A program made the position numbers and the translations under genes. The notes below the pieces were generated by a model. The model did no database searches. It was given only the letters and a program-made list of their open reading frames with translations, and was not told the DNA's origin. A stretch of 64,000 nucleotides of DNA from Fulvivirga sp. (GTDB taxonomy: Bacteria; Bacteroidota; Bacteroidia; Cytophagales; Cyclobacteriaceae): the NCBI GenBank assembly GCA_028280565.1, contig JANQLQ010000260.1, forward strand, positions 20,817 through 84,816, in the 5' to 3' direction. Shown piece by piece: positions 46,427-56,387 of this stretch (position 1 is its first letter; each line of letters opens with the position of its first letter).

Positions 46427-47260
46427 TTAGAAATTGAAGTTATCGGGGTCAGGACCCAGTCTTTTTCCTTGGTCTAATGCCTCGATCGCCGCCATATCCC
46501 CGGGTGACAATTCAAAATCGAAGATATCGATGTTATCTTTGATCCTATTGGGTTTCACGGATTTCGGGATAACGATCACTTCTTTTTGGACCAGCCATCG
46601 CAGGGTAACTTGTACAGGGGATTTACCTAGTTTCTCCGCTATAGACCTTATTGCAGGCAAATGGTTTACCTCACCCATCATGATCGGTCTCCATGCTTGT
46701 AATTGAATATGGTGCAATTTTGAAAACTCTTGGAGTTCTTTTTGCTGCAGGTACGGATGCATTTCCACCTGGTTGACCATGGGTTTGATCTCGGCAGTAG
46801 CCATAAGGTCTTGCAGGTGATGAATTTGGAAGTTACTCACCCCAATAGCTTTTGCTTTTCCTTCTTTATACAATTTTTCCAAGGCACGCCAGGTCTCCTT
46901 ATATTTCCCAGCTACGGGCCAATGTACCAAGTATAAGTCCACATAATCCGTTTGAAGAAGTTGGAGACTTCTTTCAAAAGCGGCCAACGTTTCCTCGTAG
47001 CCTTGATCACTGTTCCACACTTTCGTCGTGAGAAATATGTCCTTACGAGGTACCCCGCTTCTTTTGATCGCCCTGCCTACTCCATCTTCATTTCGATAGG
47101 CTGCGGCCGTATCGATCAGCCGGTAACCATTTTCCAATGCGGTAATTACCGCATTTTCCACTTCTAATCCGTTTTGTGCCTTGAGCACTCCCAAACCCAC
47201 CTGGGGTATGATCTCACCATTGCTCAAGGTCACGCTTTTTTGTTGTTCTAAGATTTCCAT
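46427..47260 (-). CDS. Aldo/keto reductase (2,5-diketo-D-gluconate reductase-like)
   Basis: LIDTAAAYRNE, the LVHWP motif and 277 aa. Confidence 0.9.
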   Translation of the reverse strand: MEILEQQKSVTLSNGEIIPQVGLGVLKAQNGLEVENAVITALENGYRLIDTAAAYRNEDGVGRAIKRSGVPRKDIFLTTKVWNSDQGYEETLAAFERSLQLLQTDYVDLYLVHWPVAGKYKETWRALEKLYKEGKAKAIGVSNFQIHHLQDLMATAEIKPMVNQVEMHPYLQQKELQEFSKLHHIQLQAWRPIMMGEVNHLPAIRSIAEKLGKSPVQVTLRWLVQKEVIVIPKSVKPNRIKDNIDIFDFELSPGDMAAIEALDQGKRLGPDPDNFNF

Positions 47261-47268
47261 TGTATTTA

Positions 47269-47478
47269 TTATTTAGTAGTGTGTTTTTTCCATTTTTGAA
47301 GTACCGGGGTGACCAGGTATTGCAGTGCCAATACCATCAACCCCGATAAGATCAAGGTGCGCAAATAGATAGGATATAGGCTTAGCCATTGGTTAAGGCC
47401 ATACATGAGTCCCGTGATCAAGAAGTAGACGATCAACCAGGTCCTTATAGTACTTTTTATTGTCTTCATGATTTCCAT
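47269..47478 (-). CDS. Small 2-TM membrane protein
   Basis: Two hydrophobic helices, 9 nt upstream of the AKR gene on the same strand. Confidence 0.4.
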   Translation of the reverse strand: MEIMKTIKSTIRTWLIVYFLITGLMYGLNQWLSLYPIYLRTLILSGLMVLALQYLVTPVLQKWKKHTTK

Positions 47479-47772
47479 TAGTTTACATTACAATGATACG
47501 AGGCTTAAAAGCCCTTACTTTGCACTCTTTCTGGCTTTGCTGACACTTTTTATGGATAAGGGTCAATTGCTAGCCCGATTACGCCAAGACATGATAGACC
47601 TCGATCATACCGGCTGGTAAAACGTATGCAAATAATGGATAGGAAAGTGCTTTTGGGCTATGGAGTTGAACATCTACTGTACACGGGATGGCCTCTTGAA
47701 ACCTGGACTCGGTAATCATTTATCACTTTGATGTTATCCGGGGGTAGTTTTGGCAAGTAAGCTTAGTGAACC

Positions 47773-47816
47773 TTAGTGCCTCGGTGGCGAAGCTTCCTCG
47801 GCCACAAAGGCACTAA
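47773..47816. repeat. Long imperfect hairpin (TTAGTGCC...GGCACTAA type)
   Basis: The arms TTAGTGCCTCGGTGGC / GCCACAAAGGCACTAA are complementary at 14 of 16 positions. Confidence 0.6.
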
Positions 47817-48102
47817 AGCTCAAAGAATCACTAAGGGACCTTCTTTACTAGTTGATCTAACCCTATTTTCTTATCGAGTCCAGGTTTGGAGGTAAGTTGA
47901 TTAACTAACAGGCACCCGCGAAATAGGCAAAGCGACTTGGCCTTGGAGCCCCGGCTAAGGCTGCAAAGCCTGTAAAAAGGCATCATTAAAAATTCAAGTG
48001 GCATAAGGAGGGGAGACATCCAGGAACAGCGCGGCCCATTTGAGGCCTGTGGGTAGGCAACCCATAGGGCCTGGACGCAGGAATAGGTAAGCTATAAAAA
48101 AC

Positions 48103-48576
48103 TTAACGCCCTTTTGCCCTCTCTCCTACCAGTGTCATCACTGTGCTTACCACGGAAGCCACCATCTTTCCATCCGACCGGGAGATATCACAACGGTACA
48201 CAGTAATGGTCCTTCCCTGCTGAATTGGCACAGCATGTGCGATCAACCTGTCTTTCCAAGCGGGTCTGAAAAAGTTGATCTTTAATTCCAGGCTTGTGAA
48301 GCTCTCATCTTCTTTAACGATTGTAGAATGTGCCGTACCAATGGCAGCGTCTGCCAACTCACACATGAGTCCCCCATGAACGGTACCTTGTTGGTTCCCA
48401 TGAATAACTACATCGGCATCTATCTGTACCTTGGCCTCCCCGTAAGCTATCTCTACGATGCGCATTTTTAGCGTTTTGGAAATAGCGGTGGGATATTGCT
48501 GGTAAGTAACAAATCCTTCAACCTCCTCGCCCGAGACAAGCTTTTTCAAGTAATCTAACGTAGGTATTTTTTTCAT
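48103..48576 (-). CDS. PaaI-family hotdog-fold thioesterase
   Basis: GTVHGGLMCELADAAIG motif and 157 aa. Confidence 0.75.
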   Translation of the reverse strand: MKKIPTLDYLKKLVSGEEVEGFVTYQQYPTAISKTLKMRIVEIAYGEAKVQIDADVVIHGNQQGTVHGGLMCELADAAIGTAHSTIVKEDESFTSLELKINFFRPAWKDRLIAHAVPIQQGRTITVYRCDISRSDGKMVASVVSTVMTLVGERAKGR

Positions 48577-48981
48577 GGATGCTCCGCAATAAATGATGTA
48601 TAGGGTAACGGCCCTTAGTGCTAAATCAAGCCATTGAAATATGAAAGTGGAAACCTGGCATCAGAAATAGGAAAGTAGAAATAGGAAGATATGATTTTTT
48701 TGACTTGTTGGTAATAAACTCCTTGATCTTCATGCTGAAGAGCTATTAAATTCAACTGGTGCTATGTTTTTCAGAGGTCACTTTTTCCGTTTTTTTTCAT
48801 ATTTCAGATTTCATATTCCAGGTTTTAACAAACTGTCTTTTGCCCAATAAACTTGACAAAATTAGTAGGAGTATCCAGTCGCTGGTCCATATATCGCCCA
48901 ATGACAATGGACCAGGCCGACTGAACACGATAGACTAAAAGTCCATTGGCATGATAATGACAAAGAAATGGCTTGCCATCC

Positions 48982-49557
48982 TCAATTTCCTTGATGTAGA
49001 TCAAGACTTTTCAGTCGAGAGAGCGTCTCAGGCTGGATGCCTAGGTAAGAAGCGATCCTGTATTGAGGAAAGAGCTGCTCTACCCCTGGGTGAAGCAGCA
49101 CCAACTGTTGATATCTTTCCAGCGCTGTATTGCTGATCAACGAATTCTCACGGGCACACTTACGAATGAACAGCCGGTCTGCCACGTATTTGAAGAACAA
49201 TAACCATTCTTTTGATTGGGTCAATTCCTGGTATTTTGAGTAGGAAAAGGCACAAACTACAGAATCTATACTCGCTTTGATCGCTCCATGGGCCGGCCGC
49301 TGGGTAAGGAAGCTACGGTAGTAAGTAATGAATGCCCGGGGTAAAAATAAGTCGGTGGTAACATCCTCCTCACCCGGCACATAGGCATAAAAAGCGCCTT
49401 GCTGGACAATACCGATGTACTTACACACCCTTCCTTTTTTTAACAGGAAATCATTCTTCTGTACATGGATGTTTTCCGAATGATCCCAGAATTCAGCGCT
49501 GAATGACACAGGCAGACCTAATTCCCTAACAATATGTTCAATCTTATCAATGCTCAT
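48982..49557 (-). CDS. Crp/Fnr family transcriptional regulator
   Basis: cNMP-binding-like domain and a C-terminal HTH (IASYLGIQPETLSRLK). Confidence 0.8.
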   Translation of the reverse strand: MSIDKIEHIVRELGLPVSFSAEFWDHSENIHVQKNDFLLKKGRVCKYIGIVQQGAFYAYVPGEEDVTTDLFLPRAFITYYRSFLTQRPAHGAIKASIDSVVCAFSYSKYQELTQSKEWLLFFKYVADRLFIRKCARENSLISNTALERYQQLVLLHPGVEQLFPQYRIASYLGIQPETLSRLKSLDLHQGN

Positions 49558-49589
49558 ACCCTTGTTCTTTTAATGTACATCTCAAATTT

Positions 49590-50546
49590 TCATGCCGGCT
49601 CTTTCCATTTTTTTAAAGCATGCAGGTAGGCACTAGGACTGGAATAGCCCAGTAAATACGCCATATCTTTGGTCTTTATCTTCTGTCCTTTGGACAGGTA
49701 CGTGTGAAGCTCTTCTTTTATATCATTGAGGACCTTTCTAAAGGTGGCATTTTCACCTTCCAGCTTCCTTTGTAAGGTGCGGTTGGTCATGGCAAACTGG
49801 CTGGCTACTTGGTCAAGGGAAGGCAATTCGGGGTCGCACATGTTCAATATCATACTCCGTACGGAAGCCGTGAAGGTTTTATACCGTCTACCCGGTAAGG
49901 AGATCATTTTTAAAAACGACGGCAGGAGAACAGCGATCTCTTTCTTTCTCTTTTTGTTGATCTCAATATCCATGATCGAATGATCAAAGGTAAAACTATA
50001 GGTTTCCCCTGTACGGATGGGAGTTCCATACCACTTCTCATATTCTTCCAGCCGATGATAGGGTAGCTCCACACCCATTTTTTGTTCCCCAAGCATAAGA
50101 CGGAGCTCCCGGTGGACAAAAGTGAAAAATGTGTCCATGACCTGCTCTTTTACCCGGGTACTTTTTACCTCACAATCCATTTGCAAAACAAATGAGTTGG
50201 CCTTTCCCTCACTGTCAAACGAGAGTATGGGAAAATTACTGGCAGCATAATCAGACCATAACTGTAAGGCTTGGCCCATTTTAGTCGCGGCTAATGACAC
50301 CTCGTAGACTGAGCCCAGCGCTGCTAAGTTCAAAAAAACACCAAAATGCAATCCGAAAAAAGGATCGTTAGAACAACGCAAAAGCCGCTCGTATTGGTTT
50401 AAATATTCGTCCATGGTCACAGGGCTATTCTCTTTATGCATTTCTGTGGAAAGAGATGCTAGGCCCCGGCAGCTGGCATAGGTCATCAATTGATCTAGGT
50501 AAACCGGTGGTATTTGCATCCTGTAATTTACAGAAAAATGTCGCAA
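49590..50546 (-). CDS. AraC family transcriptional regulator
   Basis: C-terminal HTH (MAYLLGYSSPSAYLHALKKW) and a large N-terminal ligand-binding-like domain. Confidence 0.8.
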   Translation of the reverse strand: MRHFSVNYRMQIPPVYLDQLMTYASCRGLASLSTEMHKENSPVTMDEYLNQYERLLRCSNDPFFGLHFGVFLNLAALGSVYEVSLAATKMGQALQLWSDYAASNFPILSFDSEGKANSFVLQMDCEVKSTRVKEQVMDTFFTFVHRELRLMLGEQKMGVELPYHRLEEYEKWYGTPIRTGETYSFTFDHSIMDIEINKKRKKEIAVLLPSFLKMISLPGRRYKTFTASVRSMILNMCDPELPSLDQVASQFAMTNRTLQRKLEGENATFRKVLNDIKEELHTYLSKGQKIKTKDMAYLLGYSSPSAYLHALKKWKEPA

Positions 50547-50580
50547 AATATCAATATCTCGATCTGCGGGTCGAGTAGTT

Positions 50581-51126
50581 TTGGCGTGTTACTCAATCAA
50601 AATTCTACCCAACATGACATCACAAGCAGCGATCACTTCTTTGAATAAAAAGACAGCCATATCTGCCATTGAAAGTGAATTCTTATTCCAGGTACGTATT
50701 CCCCTATACCCTGCAATTGACCTGGGGCAAACCCCGAATGGTCACCGCATGATCTTGATGGCGAAAGATGGCACTTTCGAGGGGCCAAAACTACGTGGAA
50801 AGGTAATATCTGGTGGAGATTGGGCGTTGGTTCGAGGTGATAGATCCGGCGCATTGGATGTACGGCTCAACTTGAAGACGCACGATGGAGCACTGCTATT
50901 GATGACTTACTACGGCCGGATGATGGCGGCTGAAGAAGACTTTGAGTACGCACTCGATTTTTCCAAACTCGACGACCCGGAAGGCGCCAGCCGGTATTAT
51001 TTCCGCACGAATCCCTTGTTTGAGACCAGCGACCCGCGCTATGCATGGCTTAACCATATCGTTACCATAGGGAAAGGGCGAACCGGTGATAATGGGGTGA
51101 TCTACGATGTTTTTACCATAAAATAA
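50581..51126 (+). CDS. DUF3237-like protein
   Basis: The GTFEGPKLRGKVISGGDWALVRGDGALDVRLNLKTHDGALLLMTYYG pattern is recognised as DUF3237. The likely start is the Met at 50614. Confidence 0.55.
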   Translation: MACYSIKILPNMTSQAAITSLNKKTAISAIESEFLFQVRIPLYPAIDLGQTPNGHRMILMAKDGTFEGPKLRGKVISGGDWALVRGDRSGALDVRLNLKTHDGALLLMTYYGRMMAAEEDFEYALDFSKLDDPEGASRYYFRTNPLFETSDPRYAWLNHIVTIGKGRTGDNGVIYDVFTIK

Positions 51127-51160
51127 TCTCAACAAACCTTAGTCTTCAAACAATAGAATC

Positions 51161-52042
51161 ATGATAAAACCTGGACACAGCATAGCGGATCTTTACAAGG
51201 CGGTAACACCAAAACATTACGAAATCAAAGATGCCTCCATTGCCGTAAGGGTATATGGCCAGGGGCCTGCTTTAGTCTTGATCCACGGGTTCATCGTGCA
51301 TGGCTATACCTGGCGCAAACTGCTGCCGGAGTTATCGAAACATTTCACTTGCTATGTCTTAGACCTCCCGGGCTTCGGCGACAGCCGGTGGTCAAAAAAA
51401 ACTGGTTTCACATTCACTGCCCAGGCGGACCGGTTAATGCAGTTATTCGATAAAATGGGGCTGGATTCATTTCACATCCTGGCACACGATACGGGCGCCT
51501 CCATTGCTCGTATGGTAGCATCCGCAAGGCCCGGAATGATCGCAAAATTGATCTTGATCAACACGGAAATACCCGGCCATCGGCCTCCGTTCATCCCGAT
51601 GTATCAATTTTTAGCGCTATTGCCAGGGGCAAACATGATATTCCGTTCCCTACTGAAGATGGGGTTCGTGGTGCGATCCCCGTTATTGCTCAAGCAATTT
51701 TTTTACGATACCTCTTTATTACGGGACCGTGAAAATATAGATCCCTACCTTTTACCATTAAAATCATCACAGGATAAAATGTTTGGCATGCTGGGATACC
51801 TTAAAGGCATAGAATGGCACGTAGTGGATGGTTTCAAAGAAACCCACAAAAAGATAGCAGCAAAAACGCTCCTTATTTGGGGTGAAGAGGACAAAACTTT
51901 CCCTGTTCGGCTGGCTGAAAACATGACGACCCAGTTTAAGGCCCCATGCCGTTTCACCAGGATACCAAAAGCCTCGCTCATGCCCCATGAAGAACGCCCG
52001 GGTGAAATATTAAAATATGTTATTCCATTTTTACTTGCTTAA
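51161..52042 (+). CDS. Alpha/beta hydrolase (Asp-nucleophile, epoxide hydrolase/dehalogenase-like)
   Basis: LIHGF oxyanion motif and an AHDTGAS nucleophile elbow; 293 aa. Confidence 0.8.
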   Translation: MIKPGHSIADLYKAVTPKHYEIKDASIAVRVYGQGPALVLIHGFIVHGYTWRKLLPELSKHFTCYVLDLPGFGDSRWSKKTGFTFTAQADRLMQLFDKMGLDSFHILAHDTGASIARMVASARPGMIAKLILINTEIPGHRPPFIPMYQFLALLPGANMIFRSLLKMGFVVRSPLLLKQFFYDTSLLRDRENIDPYLLPLKSSQDKMFGMLGYLKGIEWHVVDGFKETHKKIAAKTLLIWGEEDKTFPVRLAENMTTQFKAPCRFTRIPKASLMPHEERPGEILKYVIPFLLA

Positions 52043-52081
52043 CGCGGTGCGCTAATTGGATTAAGCTGACTTTGACAAAAC

Positions 52082-52310
52082 GGGTTCGCGTTTGTAACGC
52101 GGACCCGTTGAGTACCAAGGGCACTCACGCCAGCATTTGTAATACGGGTATTCAAAATCAAGACGGAAAACTACCCCTCCATAAAACCGGTATAACGGCC
52201 CTACTGATCAAACGTATAGCAACAAGCATAATTCCCGCAACGATGTTTAAAGGAAACAAAAGAGGATTTTAATACACGCCCTCATCCCCCCTTCTATTAC
52301 CACGATAAGT
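52082..52310 (+). repeat. Family C repeat, copy C1 (uninterrupted)
   Basis: GGGTTCGCGTTTGTAACGCGGACCCGTTGAGTAC...GCATTTGTAATAC...AAACGTATAGCAACAAGCATAAT is shared with 63440-63890. Confidence 0.8.
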
Positions 52311-52386
52311 ATACAAACGCCTGTAATTTGTATACTCTTTACTCGCAGGCACCGCGGAAATTTGTCTTGTAACAAATACAAAATCC

Positions 52387-53712
52387 ATGAATCCTCTCAC
52401 ACCAGGTTTAGGTAAGGTTTTACTTATGGGGTGCGCAGTTACTACAAGCTATGCTCAAAAGCTGGCGGAGCCCTTAGATAAACCTTCAACATTTTCAGGG
52501 AATATCCTAGCTGCTTCGGACGCAGATATGCTGGGAGGCGCTTACGCCGACGGGGTATTGAATAAAATCGAGGGTATCGAAGACGAGCTTTCCTTTATCC
52601 AAGTTGCCAGCGGCAGTCCATCCGTATTAAGCAGTCATTTTGTAAGCAACTCCGTAATCTCCTGGCCTTCCATTATTGCCTGGCATACAGGGCGTAACTA
52701 TGCCTACGTAGCTGAAACCCGCGGAATGTACAAGGGTACGGAAAATAAGGTAAAGAACGTATGGAAAGAAATGCCTACTGGGAATAAGATCACCGTTATC
52801 GATTACCAAGACCCGTCCCATCCTAAACCAGTCCAAGAAAAAATTATTGGGGAAAACCTCCAGGGGGTAAGCCTAAATGCCAATGGCTCACTGCTGGTGG
52901 CGGGCTCCACGGAAAAAGGAAAAGAACTGGTGCTGGCACGGTTGGAAGATGGGAAGATCGGGGAAGCTTTCTATTTCACTAACGATGAGATAGATCCGAA
53001 AGAATCCAATAATTCAGGGATCCGGACAATTGAGTTCCATCCTACTAAAAATGTCATTGCGGTCAATTTGAACAATGTGAGCTTAGTCTTCTACGAGGTA
53101 CAAGATCAAAACGGCAAGCTAGACCTGGTACCACTCGGAGCTTCGCAAAAAGTAGCTAAAAATTGGAGCGTTGGCAACTGGCATCCGTCGGGTGATTATT
53201 TTATCCTGACCGATGTAGCTTGGGGAAAAGGAGCCCTAGGCGCTGTTTTCAATGGCAAGGGAAGGTTAGTTTCTGTCCGTTTTGATCGTACCGGTGCACA
53301 TAAGGTCGTTTCGAAGATAAAAGTGGGGCTGAGTCCTGAAGGTTTTGGACTAAGCCCAAACGGGCAGTATGCCGTAGTGGCAAATATGAGAAGGACCTAC
53401 ATGCCGCCGAAAGGCTATTGGTTCGTATCCAAAAAGGATTATTCTTCCCTTACCTTGGTTAGGATCAATCCAACGACGGGTGAGCTTACCCGGTTAGGTA
53501 ACGACTACGGCTTTAAGGGTATGCTCCCGGAAGATGCCATATTTGATGCAGAAAGTAACTCCATTGCCGTAGCTGTATTCCATGAAAGAGAAGACCTGCA
53601 ACCCAAGCAAGGATGGATCGATTTCTGGGAATTAGAAGGAAATACGCTGGTAAAAACGAAACATCGCACTTATGTTACCCGGGGTGTACACAACTTGCTA
53701 TTGGTAGACTGA
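52387..53712 (+). CDS. Secreted beta-propeller-like protein (lactonase/YncE-like), function unknown
   Basis: Signal peptide and repeated blade-like segments (LSPNGQYAVVANM); weak recognition. Confidence 0.4.
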   Translation: MNPLTPGLGKVLLMGCAVTTSYAQKLAEPLDKPSTFSGNILAASDADMLGGAYADGVLNKIEGIEDELSFIQVASGSPSVLSSHFVSNSVISWPSIIAWHTGRNYAYVAETRGMYKGTENKVKNVWKEMPTGNKITVIDYQDPSHPKPVQEKIIGENLQGVSLNANGSLLVAGSTEKGKELVLARLEDGKIGEAFYFTNDEIDPKESNNSGIRTIEFHPTKNVIAVNLNNVSLVFYEVQDQNGKLDLVPLGASQKVAKNWSVGNWHPSGDYFILTDVAWGKGALGAVFNGKGRLVSVRFDRTGAHKVVSKIKVGLSPEGFGLSPNGQYAVVANMRRTYMPPKGYWFVSKKDYSSLTLVRINPTTGELTRLGNDYGFKGMLPEDAIFDAESNSIAVAVFHEREDLQPKQGWIDFWELEGNTLVKTKHRTYVTRGVHNLLLVD

Positions 53713-53783
53713 ACCCTGGACAAGATATTCCCGCTTACTGACAGTTATCCGCCTTTAACTTTCACAATCCAACTCAAAAAAAC

Positions 53784-54317
53784 ATGAAAAAGAACATCAT
53801 TTTTATTTTCGTATTAGGAATGACCCCATTCTTAGGGGCATGCGACGATGACGACGACGGCATGGACAACGGTAACAATGCAGCATCGAATGAGGCTATT
53901 GCACAACAGTTTTTAGAGGAATTACAAGATGAAAACGCTAACCTGCTTACTCGTTTTTCCTCTACCCCGGAGGTAATTTTAAAAATGAACCCTAACGCCA
54001 CCCAAGACCCCACGACCTTCATTGGGGAAGAGGCCGTAGCAGGCTATTTCAATACGATCTTTGACTTGTTTTCACAAATCACTTTGCTGGATACCAGGAC
54101 CACCCCTGCTGCTGATGGCAATAGCATATTCGCCCAGTTCAATGGAGATTTTACAGTGGACGGGGCAAATACGCCATACAGAAACGTTTACATCATCCGC
54201 TTAGACTTTAATGCCAATGGAGAAATTGACGTCATCGAGGAATATCTTAATCCTGTGATCAACGGGGAATTTCTCGGGCAACCCCTAGGATCTTGCCAAG
54301 AGGTCATTTGTGACTAA
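53784..54317 (+). CDS. SnoaL/NTF2-like lipoprotein
   Basis: Lipoprotein signal (FLGACDDDDD). Size and pattern are typical of the NTF2-like fold. Confidence 0.5.
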   Translation: MKKNIIFIFVLGMTPFLGACDDDDDGMDNGNNAASNEAIAQQFLEELQDENANLLTRFSSTPEVILKMNPNATQDPTTFIGEEAVAGYFNTIFDLFSQITLLDTRTTPAADGNSIFAQFNGDFTVDGANTPYRNVYIIRLDFNANGEIDVIEEYLNPVINGEFLGQPLGSCQEVICD

Positions 54318-54434
54318 AGAAAAGGTTGTAATTTTTCCATACTTCAATTCCATGGACTATGCAGAACTTTTACTTCCCGGGCATATGTTTATTGAGCCCA
54401 TCTCATGGTTTAAGTCATTTACATCCCATCAATA

Positions 54435-55352
54435 TTGTCAAATAAAAAAGACGTGGAAAAAACTTATCATATAAAGACGGTTCATGATCTGCAACGCCTC
54501 GCCGGGATGGAGCCCAACGAACATCCCTTGTTTGCTGTTGTAAGATTGGAAGACCTCCCCGAGCTCCCCAGCAGCTATCCTACTTCCATGAGTTACGGGT
54601 TCTATTCCATCGGGCTGAAACGGAACCTAAAAGGTTATGTAAAATACGGGAGACAAGTCTATGATTTCCAAGAAGGCTTAATGGCCTTCTCCGCCCCTAA
54701 CCAACGGGTATCCTATGAAAATGACACGGCGGTAGGCGCCTCCGGGTGGCTTCTTTTCTTTCATAGCGAGTTATTGGCAAAACATCCGCTGGCAGATACG
54801 ATCCACAAGTATGGGTTTTTCAATTACGAGGTAAGCGAAGCACTGCATCTTTCTAAAAAGGAAGAAGGTATGATCGAAAGCATTTTTGAAAACATCCACT
54901 TAGAGTATCATCAACCGATCGATAAGTATAGCAAGCCGGTGGTGCTTTCCAACCTTGAGCTCTTGCTTACCTACTGTGACCGTTTCTATGGCCGGCAGTT
55001 CATCACCCGGAACGAAGCGGATTCCGACCTGCTCAATCGATTTGAAAAGGAGATCAGGTACCGGTTCAGCGAGGGGTCATCTACGGATTCAAAGATCCCC
55101 TCGGTCACCGATCTTGCAGGACAGCTCAACGTTTCCCCAAATTACCTGGGCGACTCACTTAAAATGCTCACCGGGAAAAGCACCCAAGAGCACATCCATT
55201 TTCACCTCATAGAAAAAGCAAAGCAGAAGCTTATTGCCACGGATAAGTCGATTGCGGAGATCGCCTATGAATTGGGGTTTGAGTATCCTCAGTACTTCAG
55301 CCGCTTATTTAAAGAAAAAACAGGCTTCACGCCCAAAGAATTTAGAAAATAA
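54435..55352 (+). CDS. AraC family transcriptional regulator
   Basis: C-terminal HTH (IAYELGFEYPQYFSRLFKEKTGFTPKEF). TTG start in the ORF track. Confidence 0.85.
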   Translation: MSNKKDVEKTYHIKTVHDLQRLAGMEPNEHPLFAVVRLEDLPELPSSYPTSMSYGFYSIGLKRNLKGYVKYGRQVYDFQEGLMAFSAPNQRVSYENDTAVGASGWLLFFHSELLAKHPLADTIHKYGFFNYEVSEALHLSKKEEGMIESIFENIHLEYHQPIDKYSKPVVLSNLELLLTYCDRFYGRQFITRNEADSDLLNRFEKEIRYRFSEGSSTDSKIPSVTDLAGQLNVSPNYLGDSLKMLTGKSTQEHIHFHLIEKAKQKLIATDKSIAEIAYELGFEYPQYFSRLFKEKTGFTPKEFRK

Positions 55353-55364
55353 AGCAAGACAAAA

Positions 55365-56387
55365 ATGAAAAAAACGGTTTTACTGACGGGTGTAACGGGC
55401 TTTTTAGGCTCACACACTACGATAAAACTTTTAGAGAAAGGCTACCGGGTTATCGGTACCCTCAGGGATATGGATCGTGCGCAGGCAATACGATCCGTTA
55501 TTGAAAAAAATACCCGAAATATCGATTCATTAGATTTTGCCGAAGCCCACCTCGAAGATGAATCCGTTTGGGATAAGTTGATCCAAAGAGTAGATTTTGT
55601 CCAGCATATTGCCTCTCCATTCCCAAGAGAACTACCAAAACATGAAAATGACCTAATCTTGCCGGCCAAGGCAGGGACTCTAAATATAGTCAAAGCAGCC
55701 GCCCGAAATGGGGTCAAACGTGTGGTGATCACTTCCTCTATCGGCGCCATAGTATACGGAAAACCGAAGCATCAAAGAAATGGCACTTTCACAGAAGCGG
55801 ATTGGACAGATGTAGCGAACAAGCAGGATAGCACTCCCTATTTCAGAAGTAAGACCCTAGCCGAAAAAGCGGCGTGGGAGTTCATAAAGAAAGACCCCAG
55901 CGGCTTAGAGTTATCCGTAGTATGTCCGGGGGCCATCTTGGGCCCGGTACTGGAAAAAGACTTCGGCACCTCGGCCAACCTGGTGATCAAGACCATGGAT
56001 GGCAGCTCTCCTGCACTTCCCGATCTTGGGTTTGACATCGTAGATGTACGATCCGTAGCGGATCTGCTCATCTTGGCCATGGAAAAGCCAGGGGCTGCGG
56101 GAGAAAGGTTCATCGCTACGGCAGGGTATATGAAATTCAAAGAAATTGCACAGGTGGTCAAATCGGCCTATCCAGGGAAAAAAATACCGACAGGCAGCCT
56201 CCCTAATTTTGTGGTCAAGTTATACTCCAACATTGATAAAACCCTGAAGCCGGTACTGATCGACTTAGGAGTATCCCGAAAAACAGGCAGTAGCAAAGCG
56301 AAGGATGTATTGCACTGGGAACCGTTATCCAACCGGGAAGCTGTACTTTCTTGTGCCCAAAGTGTGATAGACCTTAAGCTGGTGTAA
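55365..56387 (+). CDS. NAD-dependent epimerase/SDR-family aldehyde reductase-like protein
   Basis: LLTGVTGFLGSHTTIKLLEKGY Rossmann motif and 340 aa. Confidence 0.85.
   Translation: MKKTVLLTGVTGFLGSHTTIKLLEKGYRVIGTLRDMDRAQAIRSVIEKNTRNIDSLDFAEAHLEDESVWDKLIQRVDFVQHIASPFPRELPKHENDLILPAKAGTLNIVKAAARNGVKRVVITSSIGAIVYGKPKHQRNGTFTEADWTDVANKQDSTPYFRSKTLAEKAAWEFIKKDPSGLELSVVCPGAILGPVLEKDFGTSANLVIKTMDGSSPALPDLGFDIVDVRSVADLLILAMEKPGAAGERFIATAGYMKFKEIAQVVKSAYPGKKIPTGSLPNFVVKLYSNIDKTLKPVLIDLGVSRKTGSSKAKDVLHWEPLSNREAVLSCAQSVIDLKLV

Noticed and set aside
52072-52272. ORF inside family C repeat (and 63433-63624, 63630-63863, 63742-63927)
   Set aside because: These ORFs coincide with repeat families B and C and have inconsistent frames between copies.
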